Shown here: positions 29,501 to 40,500 of the stretch, in pieces
How positions within the stretch are numbered: the first letter of the stretch is position 1
Layout: each line of letters opens with the position of its first letter
Assembly (NCBI GenBank): GCA_037379345.1
Contig: CM074514.1
Span: forward strand, 31,062,001 to 31,126,000
DNA: 64,000 nt
Source of the DNA: Perna viridis
Taxonomy: Eukaryota
Reading direction: 5' to 3'
Made by a program: the position numbers and the translations under genes
Notes under the pieces: generated by a model
Database searches by the model: none
Told to the model about the DNA's origin: nothing
What the model saw: the letters and a program-made list of their open reading frames with translations, nothing else

Positions 29501-32077
29501 ACTGAGCCATTTGAGCAACACAAAAATATGTAAAGATAATTAAGGTTCACATAAATAAAAACAAGCAAAAAACGCGTTTTGAACTCACAGTATTTATTAA
29601 TAATAATGGCAGCCATGTTTGTGTGGCAGCCATGTTTGTGAACGAATAAACAATTCTCACACCAGTTTTGTGCTCAATATCCAGAGAAACATGTTTACAA
29701 AATTTGGTAAGAATCTTTAGTTTAGTTGCAGAGAATTAAAATTTTGAAATAAAAACACGAAAATGCAAAAAAGAGAAATAAAAACATCAAAAAGGGCAAT
29801 AACTCAATATGGTCAGCAGAATTTCACGAAAATTTCATAGTGGTTAGTTTTTATCTTGTGAACACACTGATGTCAAAATGTGTCTAAACCTATATGTTTT
29901 AGAGAAATTTGCTAAGAACTGTTTCATACCCTTTTAGTTAATGTTTAGTTGAAAATGAAAAGCTGACAGAAAACGAGACGAACTTTAGTCTTCTTACACT
30001 GTAAACACGATTATGGGACTCATACACAGACCACAGATCATTGGACCACTCTGCATTATTTATACAAACTATTTTTGAAGATTTATTGAAGAAAATTTTT
30101 TTCGGGCACGTGTATACATTTTCTATGTATCCAAATGGAGATTTAGAACCAATGACGTAGCACTTCCATATATAGTAAGTAGGTTTTACTTCTTCTTTTC
30201 ATTTATGCATATTAATTAGGTCGTCGTGATAACACAAATAAATCATTCTAACTTTATGTAGCGCTCAGCTGATGAGAAAACGTTTTTTACACTCGTATCT
30301 AAACATACTATAGTTTTTTTATAGTTTCGCTTTTTACCCTTTGACCTTCAAGACGCTCTTTCATGGAACCGCAAATTATCTGATCGTAATTCTGTTTCCT
30401 GATTGGCCAAATACTGATAACTTAGTGGCGTTAGAAAAAACTGCATTGAAAATTAAAATTGCGTGTCTTGTGTTGTTTCCCGAATGAATGCAGAAAATTA
30501 TAAGTAAAAGGAATAAATTTTACTGCGTCGGCTATCTTTATTTCTAAAGATAGTATAGTTCTTGTTATAAATATAAACTTTTTAAAAATGAATTTTTTTC
30601 TGTCATGTCTCCTTTAAAGTAGAACTCCATATCACTGATTTACCGCACATAATTGTAAACATCAGATGCAGAACGTTTAGGAATATAAAATTGATTAAGA
30701 TTCGTGTTTCCAAATTGTAGCATATCTTATTTCTTACATTGTGTTCTTTAATTATATTAGTTTCAATGATATTAAAGTAAGACAATATACATATTACAGA
30801 GTTTATGATTCTTGGAAATCAATAAAGTGAGTTTATTTCAAGATTACGGTTTAAAATGTATAAGCATCACACTCGGATGGTTGTTAACCAGAAAACACGG
30901 CGATATGTATGCCTTGGCCTTTCGTGTACAGTAATAACAATATCTTTTACACTACTTATGGTGCTTAATGGAATTCAAACACACTAATGAAGTATATCTA
31001 TACAAAATCCAGACATAGTGATTCATGGTGTAGAAAACCAAACTAAACTAACAGTGGGTCACGTTTTTCAGTTTACTTATGCTATATTTTTTAAGTAACA
31101 AAATCCCTTTCCGTGTATTTTTTAACACAATCATAAAATAACGATAACTCTTGCAAAGTCCCAATTTCATGTACAATATATCATATATATTTTTTCTCAA
31201 AGTGCAACATTCAAATGAAAAACTAAGACTGATTATGTGAACAATAACTGTTTCTGAACAAGAAATAAAAGTCAGTTCAGTGGGTTTCTGACCTGCATGA
31301 ACCACCTCCTGTCTGAATTTTTTACAAAGACTGCTACTAAAAAGCTCTATATAGTTGAAACAATTGTTGAATGTACCCATTTTTAGACATCAGTTTTAGT
31401 TTATAAATCCGTAAGGAATTATTATTTTGAAAGTCATACATTTCAAAATTTAAGTTCTGAAAATTCCTTGACAGTTCTGCCTTTCTAAATAGTTATATAC
31501 TGAAAAAGATTTGACAACAATTTTATATTTGGATTATTACCACCGTTAACCATTGTTATCCTGTCATCTGTGTATAACCTAACTTAAGGAAAACTTAAGT
31601 CGAAAATTGCTTTGTCAGAAGTCGGCTTACCTTTTTTTTAAAGCATTATTGACATTTGCTTGTAATTCAGAATTCCAAGATTTTCAGACACACTTAGCTA
31701 AACATCTCATCGTATTAGGTAACCACGAAGCTATTCTATTCTCTTTTGTGCTACTTTTTCGATTTCATTCTCAATTAATATATTTACATAAAGATATTGT
31801 AATCATCTCTTTTATTTCCTTTTTAAAAATTTAATCAACGGTCTGAGTCCACGGATGGACCATCCATTTCGATTATTTATGGTTGAAAAATGTATAATTA
31901 TGTTTGTACATTCCAACAATTTTAACTTGCTTACATGTATTTATTGATATAATATATTACTAAGAATGCATGTTAATCAAGAATTATAGACATTTAAGGA
32001 TAATTGTAAAATTACAAAACATAACTTACGTCATTCACAAGAACTTCCCTGGAAATAGAACGAATTCTATCAGACAT
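1128..32077 (-). CDS. Spliced gene, 3'-partial: type II transmembrane SEA + Frizzled-CRD protein (corin-like). join complement(32030-32077 putative, 18136-18376, 13551-13580, 11008-11138, 8099-8166, 5992-6146, 3244-3276, 2239-2475, 1128-1235); continues off left edge
   Basis: All junctions are GT-AG with compatible phases (0,1,1,0,2,1,1,1,1) and give one open frame: cytoplasmic tail with FDNPIF, a hydrophobic TM (IFASIVIAILLIALVITLIVVL), SEA with FSSGSVLI, a Pro/Ser/Thr linker, and an FZ domain with 10 Cys. No protease domain is visible in the window, so corin-like refers to architecture only. Confidence 0.85.
2239..2475 (-). CDS. SEA-FZ gene exon, Frizzled cysteine-rich domain (Cys1-7)
   Basis: CQPVSIQKC..YSLTSFPNWAGH..CY..LFFCSLLSPEC..IPPCKQFC is the canonical FZ pattern; tatatttcag acceptor, GTAGGT donor. 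Confidence 0.92.
2535..2625 (+). repeat. Dispersed repeat family A (short copy)
   Basis: ttttccatgtctgatctttgtccctggattacatt...ggttcccttgattactct, shared with the other copies. Confidence 0.85.
3244..3276 (-). CDS. SEA-FZ gene 33-nt microexon (APPKVPSTVSP linker)
   Basis: tttgtttcag acceptor, GTAAGA donor; phase 1-1; Pro/Ser/Thr-rich. Confidence 0.75.
3768..4080 (+). mobile_element. Fragment of Helentron/HINE-like non-autonomous element; related fragment at ~29410-29950
   Basis: aacaagacgccc..gagcctgaatcggccacct start, aagggcaataactc and ggcagccatgttt blocks (both also in 29600-29810), and a gacgacggacgccaagtga end. The family name is inferred from recalled motifs. Confidence 0.5.
4750..5074. 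mobile_element. MITE family B copy 1 (TIR core tgtaagaatcagg / cctgattcttaca)
   Basis: 13-bp perfect inverted match near the ends; colinear with 21671-22040. Confidence 0.8.
5505..5952. repeat. Tandem duplication with a 228-bp period
   Basis: 5505-5726 vs 5733-5952 are near-identical, differing by a few substitutions and one CA unit. Confidence 0.95.
5992..6146 (-). CDS. SEA-FZ gene exon, SEA end (SGSVLIHFTVTL...FFIDVKSVKITPI)
   Basis: GSV-hydrophobic SEA motif; tttttattgtag acceptor, GTAGGT donor; phase 2-1. Confidence 0.85.
7316..7500. repeat. 33-bp minisatellite, 5 near-identical copies plus a partial (ggcaactaatacacgcgtgtaccagtgatctaa)
   Basis: Direct tandem units; accounts for the periodic ORFs QLIHACTSDLR and VALDHWYTRVL in the ORF track. 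Confidence 0.97.
7790..7870 (+). repeat. Short dispersed repeat fragment; second copy at ~24815-24870
   Basis: gggttgttgtctccctgacatattcacc vs gggttgttatctccttgacatactcccc. Confidence 0.55.
8099..8166 (-). CDS. SEA-FZ gene exon, SEA middle (MNAIFHSSSYKSVYNSTIIDSFS)
   Basis: ttctttttcag acceptor, GTAAGT donor; phase 0-2 links both neighbours. Confidence 0.8.
11008..11138 (-). CDS. SEA-FZ gene exon, SEA domain start (VLFRTNRIKGNLRIIQGPFSVYKPSLRDSTSEAYRYFSSSFIFK)
   Basis: ttcttcttcag acceptor, GTAAGT donor; the L-x-D-x-x-S-x-x-Y pattern is typical of SEA N-termini. Confidence 0.85.
11211..11370 (-). repeat. Dispersed repeat family A (diverged copy)
   Basis: aatcaaggaaaccagg...gaaaacagacatacacactaaagaaca aligns by eye with the 42471 and 54909 copies. 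Confidence 0.65.
11541..11573. repeat. (TCA)11 microsatellite
   Basis: Read directly. Confidence 0.95.
13114..13157 (+). ncRNA. Degenerate minimal type I hammerhead ribozyme (probably inactive)
   Basis: aggctg-CTGTTGA-aaggtaactcatt-GAAA-catgtg-TA-cagcct: perfect 6-bp stem I, core boxes in the correct order, GUA cleavage triplet; A6 is mutated and stem II is weak. Confidence 0.55.
13551..13580 (-). CDS. SEA-FZ gene 30-nt microexon (TKKDEDDTST)
   Basis: ctctttgcag acceptor and GTAATG donor; phase 1-1; in frame between the TM exon and the first SEA exon. Confidence 0.7.
17279..17445. mobile_element. Possible short TIR element remnant (ggcagatcca ... gtctgcccc)
   Basis: Short imperfect inverted termini around an AT-rich core. 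Confidence 0.35.
18136..18376 (-). CDS. SEA-FZ gene exon: cytoplasmic tail + transmembrane helix (alternative in-frame ATG at 18475)
   Basis: ACFDNPIFQEEG...RIFASIVIAILLIALVITLIVVLS; GTAAGT donor at 18135; lies within ORF-track ORF 17981-18475. Confidence 0.85.
19740..19846. repeat. A/C-rich (AAAC/AAAAC) low-complexity tract
   Basis: Read directly. Confidence 0.85.
21671..22040. mobile_element. MITE family B copy 2
   Basis: Shares cagtccctgtaagaatcag, cactgaaaatgaacatttcaagggcagataa and cagtgatgcagagat with the 4750 copy. Confidence 0.8.
25364..25433 (+). repeat. Dispersed repeat family A (short copy)
   Basis: gtctttgtccctggattgcattcttttgattaccgctata..ggttcccttgattactct. Confidence 0.9.
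25775..25976 (-). repeat. Dispersed repeat family A
   Basis: agagtaatcaagggaacc...gcaactcggactccac...ggagcatggatcaggtg. Confidence 0.9.
27412..27608. mobile_element. TTAA-flanked MITE (Kolobok/piggyBac-type TSD); partial copy at ~555-660
   Basis: TTAA-gaagggggacctagggtaagggacacaactc ... gagttatgtcccttaccctatgtctaacccc-TTAA; cctagggtaagggacataactc also occurs at 564-585. Confidence 0.75.
32030..32077 (-). CDS. Putative first coding exon of SEA-FZ gene (MSDRIRSISREVLVND)
   Basis: ATG in aaaATGt context, 16 codons, then a consensus GTAAGT donor in phase 0, which matches the phase-0 acceptor (tattcttcttcag) before 18376. No transcript evidence. Confidence 0.5.
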
Positions 32078-33689
32078 TTTCACTTTGCACCACTACATTC
32101 TCAATCGTAAACACCCCTTTCACAGTCCGGGTAAATGCCTTCGTTTCTACTCCGAAATTGTTTTTCTATTAATTCATCAATTAGGCTAATGAATCGAATG
32201 CGGGTTGCGTCTGTTCATGATTTTAGTAAGTAAACAGGATTTGTTACAGGTGTTTGTATAGTATAACTGGGTCGTGTCTTAGTTATAGATTTTATAAGTT
32301 TAAGAGATATTTTAATTTGAAGAACGTGTTAATAAATATTTTTCATTAAGATTTAAGATGACGCAATCATACAGCGACTAAATAGTTTTTCAAGCCTTTC
32401 CACAAACTTCGGATTCCAATCGTAGCGCCAAGTAAGCCAAATTCGTAGAGCGATTCATGACATCGAAAAAATGCACACACTTAATGCGGTAAATTATCAT
32501 AAAGTAACTTCGTCAATATAAAGTAGATTTATTGTTTTGCCGATATAAAAATCTTGGCCCTAATATATGTTAAAATCCAGTCAATAGATCTGCATTGTCT
32601 TACTTTAACGTCTCAAATGCAAATTGAGAAAATTTACAATCTTCCAATTTTAAAGAGATTCGGCGGCCTACTCATGTGTACACATGTCACATTTATTGTC
32701 ATGTTCTGGAGTTTAATGTCCTTGACTGCTCACATTTTTTTTTCTCACGGACTGTCTTATTGTTAAACATTAAATGATACTTTTTGTAATACATGTAATA
32801 ACATCGTAATTTTTATCTACGATGCGCATTGATCAACAAAATTAAGACCATAGGCACATGCGCAACATGGTAACGAAGTGTTATCAACGATCGTGTCAAG
32901 TATTAATTCAATCTCCTCTGCAGACCTATAACCACTTCCTGAATTTTATCGTATCACTCTGCTAGCTTAATCGTACAGGATACAAGAGCGCAATTATTCA
33001 CAATGCAATTGTGGGGGTCCTCACTTCCACTAAAATCTAAAAATTTCTCTAATCCAACGCAATGTTGATAAAATACACCCATATAGCTTTTAAATTGTGA
33101 AATAAAAACCGCCATGTCATTCGGCGTTTCTGTCCGTAAATTAAGGTTCAAAAAGGGGGATACTTTTTCAAACATCAATTTTTCAGTAGCCACCCTAAGC
33201 CTTAAGTGCTCCATAAAATAAACATATATGGGCTGCTAGCTTTCAAATTCGATACTTTTGGTTCTTTACTGTCCGTACAATATTTTCATGAAAATATCTT
33301 TTTATAACCCACCAATCGTGAACGTTTCAGATCTGTATTTTCCACTGGGCTCCATGTAGGGGTAAAGATCTGGCTGAATACCGAGGAGACATAATTGCGC
33401 TATTGTAACCTACAAGGCTCTGCTATATACACGGCGTGAACACTGCTCATTACAAATCCGCGAAGCTATTTCCGCTGTACTGTACTATATATATAATTTG
33501 CATAAAGAGAAGGGTTACATGTACTTAGTGTGACAGTGGTATAATGCTTTGAAATAGTGAAATTCATATAGGTTAACCTCTACGCAGGAAATTGGTATTA
33601 ATTGCAATGAAATCGTGAGGATGTGGTTATCCAAAATATAAACTTGAAATTTGTCTGTCACAATGATGACGAACCGTCTCTGTGATATC

Positions 33690-33866
33690 TTGGAGATGCT
33701 CACCACAATTGCGGGAGATCGAAATTTCGATCCCCGGCCGAATCTTAACCGACTTTGAAATTGGTACTCACTATATGTACTTCTCACAAATACAAGTAGC
33801 AGATATGGAATTGAGTGACGACAGTTGGGTCGGAGTCAGATTAATGTGCCTGAGTGGACAAACATA
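33690..33866 (+). mobile_element. Decayed tRNA-derived SINE
   Basis: B-box-like ttcgatccccgg followed by gactttgaaattggtact and gttgggtcggagtcagattaatgtgcctgagtgg; related pieces at 45285-45376 (+) and 47690-47840 (-). Confidence 0.6.
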
Positions 33867-35594
33867 ATACTAATCATATGAATAGGAAACTAGGCACTAA
33901 CACATTATTTTTCCAATCATGTATACACTTTTTACACACTTCATTTGAACCATTCCAGAAGTAATGTATACGTTGCAGTGGTGATAACTATTGATTAACA
34001 TGTTTCTATCATCATAGATCTACTTGCATATATTTTTGTCAAGAGTTCATCTGAGGAACACGAGAAGCCTTGACATGTATGCACGAGAGGTGAAGTTCCC
34101 AAGGGATGCGCAATGTTTCACGTTGACTTGTTTGCACGAAAGGTCTTTATTTCCATTATATTAAGTTCTCTTAAGACCAGACGAGACCTTGCCATTGACA
34201 CGCAAGATGTCTTCATATCGATATTGGGTTCTTTTTGGAGCACGCGATGTTTTATGTGGGTAAACTTTATAATATTATCAGTTAAAACATGTTTTCGGAT
34301 CAATTTGTAAAAATAAAAAGATATTGCCATTATTTATTGAACAATCTATAGAGATATTTCAATGATATGTTAAGTGGTATCTACATTTGTATTTGACCTC
34401 ATAGAAATGATACACTAACATCTAAATAACCCGCATGCCAAGTAATATATTCTCTATTGCTACTATACAGTATAAATGTTTATGTGTTTCTCGAGATTGG
34501 CGAAGATGCATGGACACCGATAAAATAATATTATCAGTGCATGTAGACTTTCCATTTTCAATGATATTATTAAATTCAGTTCTTTGACTCGGTAAACTGT
34601 CTTCAAAGAATAAACATACGTGAAAGATCAAGTACATATTTTCTCCTATGCCTACTTTCAGTATAAAAAACAGAAAAAATATGTAAGCAATGTTCAGTAA
34701 ATTGATACCCTCACCCCTATTTGATAACATGTACCTTTGACCTCCAAGTTGATTTCGATGAAAATTTAGAATACGATGTGCACAATGGGAATAAGTGATA
34801 AAACATAGTGAAATTGTCAGAGGTGTAAGAGGAGTAACGGATAAGAGATGCACCGCACCCCCTATGTGGAACAGAAGGATGGAAGGAAGGAAGGAAGTAC
34901 GGACATTATTATCACTATATACTCCACTTTGCAAGTGAGGTATATAGATAATAATTTAAACGTTCACACGTATATTAAGTGATTAATGCGAACATTGTAT
35001 AACGTTTTAGTACATGTATGCCACATTATACCTATATTACATGCGATTGTAATATACCTTCAAATATTAAAATTAATTTTATCTTTTAAATCAGTATAGC
35101 ATATCGGTAAGAGCCCCGCAGGTCTGAATTTGGTTATATGCGTACACAGGCATTTTGATGACAAAAATTAGTAAAGAATGGTGGTTATCTAAAGGAAAAA
35201 TACTAACATTTAATGTCTGTAAACAAGATAAACAAGACCAAAAAGCATCTGTTGATACTTTTTTTTTTTAAAAATGTTTCGAAACGGATACGATAAAATT
35301 CCGGAATATTACTTATAATATTACCGGTCATTGAACTTGTGAATCAATAAATGATTTAAAATCTTTGGTGTCGATATTTGGACCAAAGCATCAAGTAAAC
35401 AGTTTGCCATCTTAAAAAGTAATCCATCGTACTTCCATGCTTTTCTATGCCTATGGTATTCTTACATAGCTACATGCGAACATTGTATAACACTGCTTCT
35501 CGGTTTACTACGGATCACTCGGCTAGCTAATAAAAATCACAATGTATGAGCTTTACTCGGTACAAATCCACGAAGCTGTTTCCCTTGTACTTAA

Positions 35595-35985
35595 GTACGG
35601 TTCTGCCTAAAAACCAGACAGGAGGTGATTCATAATATTTTAAGATAATCAATGAAACTGCATAAATACATTTGTTTTGTCCTAAAAACAACTCTTCCTA
35701 TGATCATATCCTTGATTCTGCTACGTATCGTGAAATATTTTTTGATTGCTTATAATGTAAAAATTCAGGCGGGAAATTCTTCCGTACTTTCTCTTAAGTA
35801 GAACATATCATTAACCAAATTTTAAGTTTTAATATTTACAGTGGACTAGTTTTATTTGCACTTACATTTCCTAATACAGTTTCTATGGGCCTACAGAAGG
35901 ATTTCCAATAAAAAAATATTTGGAATTAAGAAATGCATGAATCACTTAATATAAGCCTCTGCCTGGTTTTTAGGCACAGCTGCAC
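35595..35985. mobile_element. TTAA-flanked MITE with ~27-bp imperfect TIRs
   Basis: TTAA-gtacggttctgcctaaaaaccagacag ... ctgcctggtttttaggcacagctgcac-TTAA. Confidence 0.75.
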
Positions 35986-36626
35986 TTAACTAATTTACTT
36001 TTGAAAAAAAGTTAAATTTATCTATATATTCGCGAAATAGCGAACGCATCCTCTGCACAGGAGATTGGTTTGTAGGATGATCTCAATCTCTTTGAAGTAG
36101 CTCTTACACTGTAATGGATTGAACGTACAACTACGAACGAATTAAAAAATAGAAAGATCAATTACTTGTCAGATGAAGAGTTGATGTTTTAAACGAAATA
36201 AAAATGAATATGCAACAATAAATGCCCATTCAGAACGAAGAATGGACACGAAAGCGAATGCGGAACGAGCCCCGACATTCTGTATATGTATCGCTAACGA
36301 TCATAACGCATTAAAACGGGTTGTTAACGAATGGAACGAACGCATAGAGAATTCATAACGAATCCGATTAAATTACATTGTATTTTGGAGATAGGAAGTA
36401 TAAAAATAGTAGGTTATTTTGTAAAAGAAGCAATATAAAAAGAAAGGAACACCAGGATGTTATTTTCTTATGAAAATTAAAAAAAAAAATAAGAAAGATT
36501 GCGCGATCTTCAATGATTGTCTCCCGAAACTTCTGTTCAGTTTTCAGACCAGACAAGAGTGCTACTACATGTCAATTGCTTACATGATTATCATTCTGCA
36601 ACTCTTCCATATAAGACAGTTACATA

Positions 36627-36957
36627 CAGTACCAGAACCGATCCGTGCAACAAAAAGTCATCGACCCGTCAAACCGATCCATTTAACTGGTGATCGCATC
36701 ACGTGACCCCAGAGTGGTCAATGTATTTTACGGTTTTTGTTGTTTTCTTTGTCAATTTTATACATATTTACATAATGTTATATATTTAAACATCAATTTA
36801 TACTTGTTTTTACATTTCTTTTATTTAAAACAGATCTTACATCATTTTACATAACAAAACTGCGATCAGATCGGTCACCGGTCATCGCTCCGTCAGCGAT
36901 CAATCAGTCAACGGTCATCGGTCCGTCAAATCATTGCGCGGATCGGTTCAAGGACTG
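36627..36957. mobile_element. TA-flanked MITE with CAGT termini (Tc1/mariner-like)
   Basis: TA-cagtaccagaaccgatccgtgcaa ... ttgcgcggatcggttcaaggactg-TA. Confidence 0.8.
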
Positions 36958-37354
36958 TACATGTAAGTCAGTGTTTCAGAAATCAGTATCATGACTGAGT
37001 ATCTTACAGCTTAACTAAATAAGGTAATAGGGTGTCAACTAGATTAGTATATGATTGCTCTTTTAGTTTAACGAGTTCCAAGATCTTGATTCTCTACCAT
37101 TAACACGTGTGGGTAAATACTGCAAATTTATAATATAGTTGAATGTTGTTCTTCATCTTATTATAATTCTTATCTAATTAACATATGCTTTTTTCGTGCA
37201 TTATGTTTGGTTTTTCACCTTTTACAACCACCGCGATGTCTGTTTTTTTTTCACATAGAAAAGCAGCTTTAAGGTCAAAGGGTAAAAAGCGAAACTATAC
37301 CGACTGCGTCGGGAAAAAAAACTATTCATATATTTCAGATAGTCAGGGATTGGA

Positions 37355-37515
37355 ATTATACGGATTAAACACTGTTTCTCCCGAATTTATTAAATAAAAT
37401 ATGTAAAATCGGATATTCACTCACAAACCTGACAGGACTTATATTTCTTTTGTGAGTAAATGGTCCGATTTTACACATTGATAAATTCTGGAAAAACAGT
37501 ATTTAATCCTATAAT
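37355..37515. mobile_element. Palindromic hairpin element (~160 bp)
   Basis: attatacggattaaacactgtttctcccgaatttat pairs with ataaattctggaaaaacagtatttaatcctataat; inner arms aaaatcgga..actcacaaa / tttgtgagt..tccgatttt. Confidence 0.8.
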
Positions 37516-40500
37516 AATACATTTGACAAAAATGGAATAATACGGTAAATAGAAGGAAACCAATTTGAATAAAAAAAGATCCAGATTTAGCTTGAAGTTC
37601 ATAACTTAATTTTCTGTATTAGAAGTTATAGGGTTTGATATAGTATTTCCGCTCTCAGTCTCACAAAAGCGCTTGTAAGTTTCACTGGTTCGTGAAACAC
37701 ATCGATTTGGGTTTGTTCTGTTTTTCGTCATGTTTTATTGATTATGAAAACTTATTTTCTCGTGTAATATCATGACCATGGCCAGAATGAGCTTTTACTT
37801 TAATAACGTGGTTGCTTTCGTAAACAAATAAAAATACTTAAAACACAAAAATATATAGTAACATGTATCGAAGTTTTTACAAATAAAACTCTTAATATTC
37901 TTAAGTGGAACCCAGACGATAAAAGCCCCCTTCATCTCCCCTTGTTGTTAAGTTACTGAAAGTAACCAGAATATTACTAAAATACTTTTTTCTTTCTAAC
38001 AAAAGTGGAAACGAATGAAGCGTTCTGTGAACGGGATTAACTTTCTGATAAGCGACTACAACGAATAAAACGCTTTGATGACGTGGAAAACGATCACAAA
38101 ACGTTCTCTTAACGTTTTCGGCAATTCGTTGGTGTTCGTCTTGAGAATTCTCAACCTTCGGAACGAATTTAAACGGACTCAAACGAATAAGAACGAAAAA
38201 GAACGATTAAGAATGCAACATGGATGCTCTAGTCCAAACGAACTTGTGAGTTTCCTTTGCGCCCCTTGAACGTATAACAAAATTGCATTTCGTCCTCAGT
38301 TCTTTGGTCTACCCGTTATAGTGTAAGAGCACTTGAATCGTTTGTTACATTTTTGTGAACGTTAGTGTCTAGATTTTCACTTTCTGACAGTTCTTGTAGC
38401 ATTTAGAGAAGTGTCGGTCGTTTCCAAACTTTGTATTTTAGAAAAGTCCAAAGAGCCGCCAATGAGATTTTTAAATCCTTTCTTAAATTGTGAAAATCAT
38501 ATCATCACGACAATATCACTTCCAAAATGGTAAAATTTGAAATGATATACAGTTTTTATTGTCCTAATGCATTCTCTAAATTGTCATTGTCTGCGTTGTC
38601 TATGGGTCGAAATTTATGGCATTTGTAAAGAACTATGGGTTGTCATGGACCGTAATGTCTTTGGGTCGAATAGTCCGCTATTGATAAGCTGATAGCGTCA
38701 TTTTCGTAAACATTCTTGTGCCATGTATGACAATCCCTATCTTGGAAAAGCTAAGATTCAGTTTGTATTTAATCATCCAAGCTAGCAAATGTTTTCCGTG
38801 GCTGATGTGGTTCTCAGTTGCAATTACAAAGTATACGAGAATGAAGCTGCCATGATTATATTTTTAAGCTCCCGATTTTACATACACAATTAAACCTGAT
38901 ATCGATTATATTTCTGGCCATATGTATACAGGACCCAGTTGATAAAACAATACTGAATGCTTTATTAAAAAGTATTAAAGTATTATCAATGCTTATTAAA
39001 GAGTTATTTATAATATTAATAATCTTCAGTTGTCGGAGTTTGGAGGACAAACAATAGTTATATACTTAAGGATGTACATGCAGTTCGTGTCTTATTCTGT
39101 GCCAAGTGTTGTTTAAAAATGAGGTGGAGCATATGATGTTTTGTAATCATAAATCATACAAAATCAGAAAAAAAACAAGCATTTACATGTATTTGTAAAC
39201 ATTACTGGATACATAATTTTAGTTTTTTTTCCCCACAAATCAATTTGAACAATTTGACCTGATTTTAATAAACACAAATATATATAGGAAAGAAGCCACT
39301 GATTTAGTGACCACCACAACGTGAATATAATCTTAAATTATTTAATACAGATCTTTGTTATACCAAAATGTTTTGTCTGTCTACATTGTACATGTAGCGA
39401 TTCAAAGTTCATATTCAACTACGTGTACCAGCAAAATTACACACGCGGTGATTCTATGTACATGTACATGACGGGAGTTAGTAATTTTGTGCTTCTTTCA
39501 TTCTGAATTATGCAGAGTAGATGGGATCATTCTGGTTTCTGTCCTAGCAGCAATAGATCGTCATAATATTCATCAGCTATTTCTGTAAACACAATGGCAG
39601 TCAACCTATTGCTAGCGCTATTACAGAGGCATGTATAAACTTTAACATGTGGAAAACAACCTTATTCTGCTAAATAAAAACCCTCGAACTAGTCAATATT
39701 CAGGACGTTATATCCAATGATACTTCAAACTTGTCAATATTTACATGTGCATTACGTATTACTCTAATTTTTGTTTTACGAAGCCTGCATTATACTTCGA
39801 CGAATAATATGTTATATGTGTAATACCTATACATGTTTTAGAAAATATTCTGAAGTAGAACTTTTTTTTCAGAAAACCAACGAGCTAACACAAATTAACA
39901 AATTGAATAATAATCCTCCGTTTTAGTTGAACTTTCAGTAGTTATTTTTTTCCATAAATTATGATGGACAGATGTCAAGTGCAGGGCAATCAGACAGTAG
40001 TTTGTTGTAAGTTATAAACTATGAGTGATAAGTTGTTAATATTTAATTTTCTTGGTTGGTATTCAGCCAGACCAAGCCAATCTGTGAATAATGGCAAAAG
40101 AGACTTCCAAGAACTGCAATTTACAAGACAAATTAACTAGAATAACACGATTTTTTTTGTATAAACAACCAATTCGTCTACAGAAAGTTGTAGGTTTATC
40201 TTAAAGATTTTTAAAAGTGTTCACAAAATAAAGTTTCATAAAACGTACTCTCATATATAATTAACATCCGGTTTGCACCAATGTAAAACGATACCTACGA
40301 AATTTCGTAACAAAGATAAATTGATTACACGCAACAATGTCCTAGATATATTGCTGTGTAAAATATGTGGGTTTTTTGTGTAATATTTTAGATACTGTAT
40401 ATATGTGGTATCACATGTACGGAAATTGGCACGGTAGTTGCCGTAACTGTCGGACCGGCCGCGTTACGCCTGAAAAAACGTTTTGTTTTGCAGATAAACA

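Larger units (their letters stand above)
36100..38330. mobile_element. ~2.2-kb non-autonomous TIR element with AACG-rich subterminal repeats, carrying nested MITEs
   Basis: gctcttacactgtaatgg at 36100 vs ccgttatagtgtaagagc ending 38330 (16/18 inverted match); the left-arm sequence recurs at ~63740-64000. Confidence 0.7.

Noticed and set aside
33690-33760. tRNA gene
   Set aside because: Only a B-box-like remnant is present, with no cloverleaf; it runs into SINE body sequence found elsewhere in the window.
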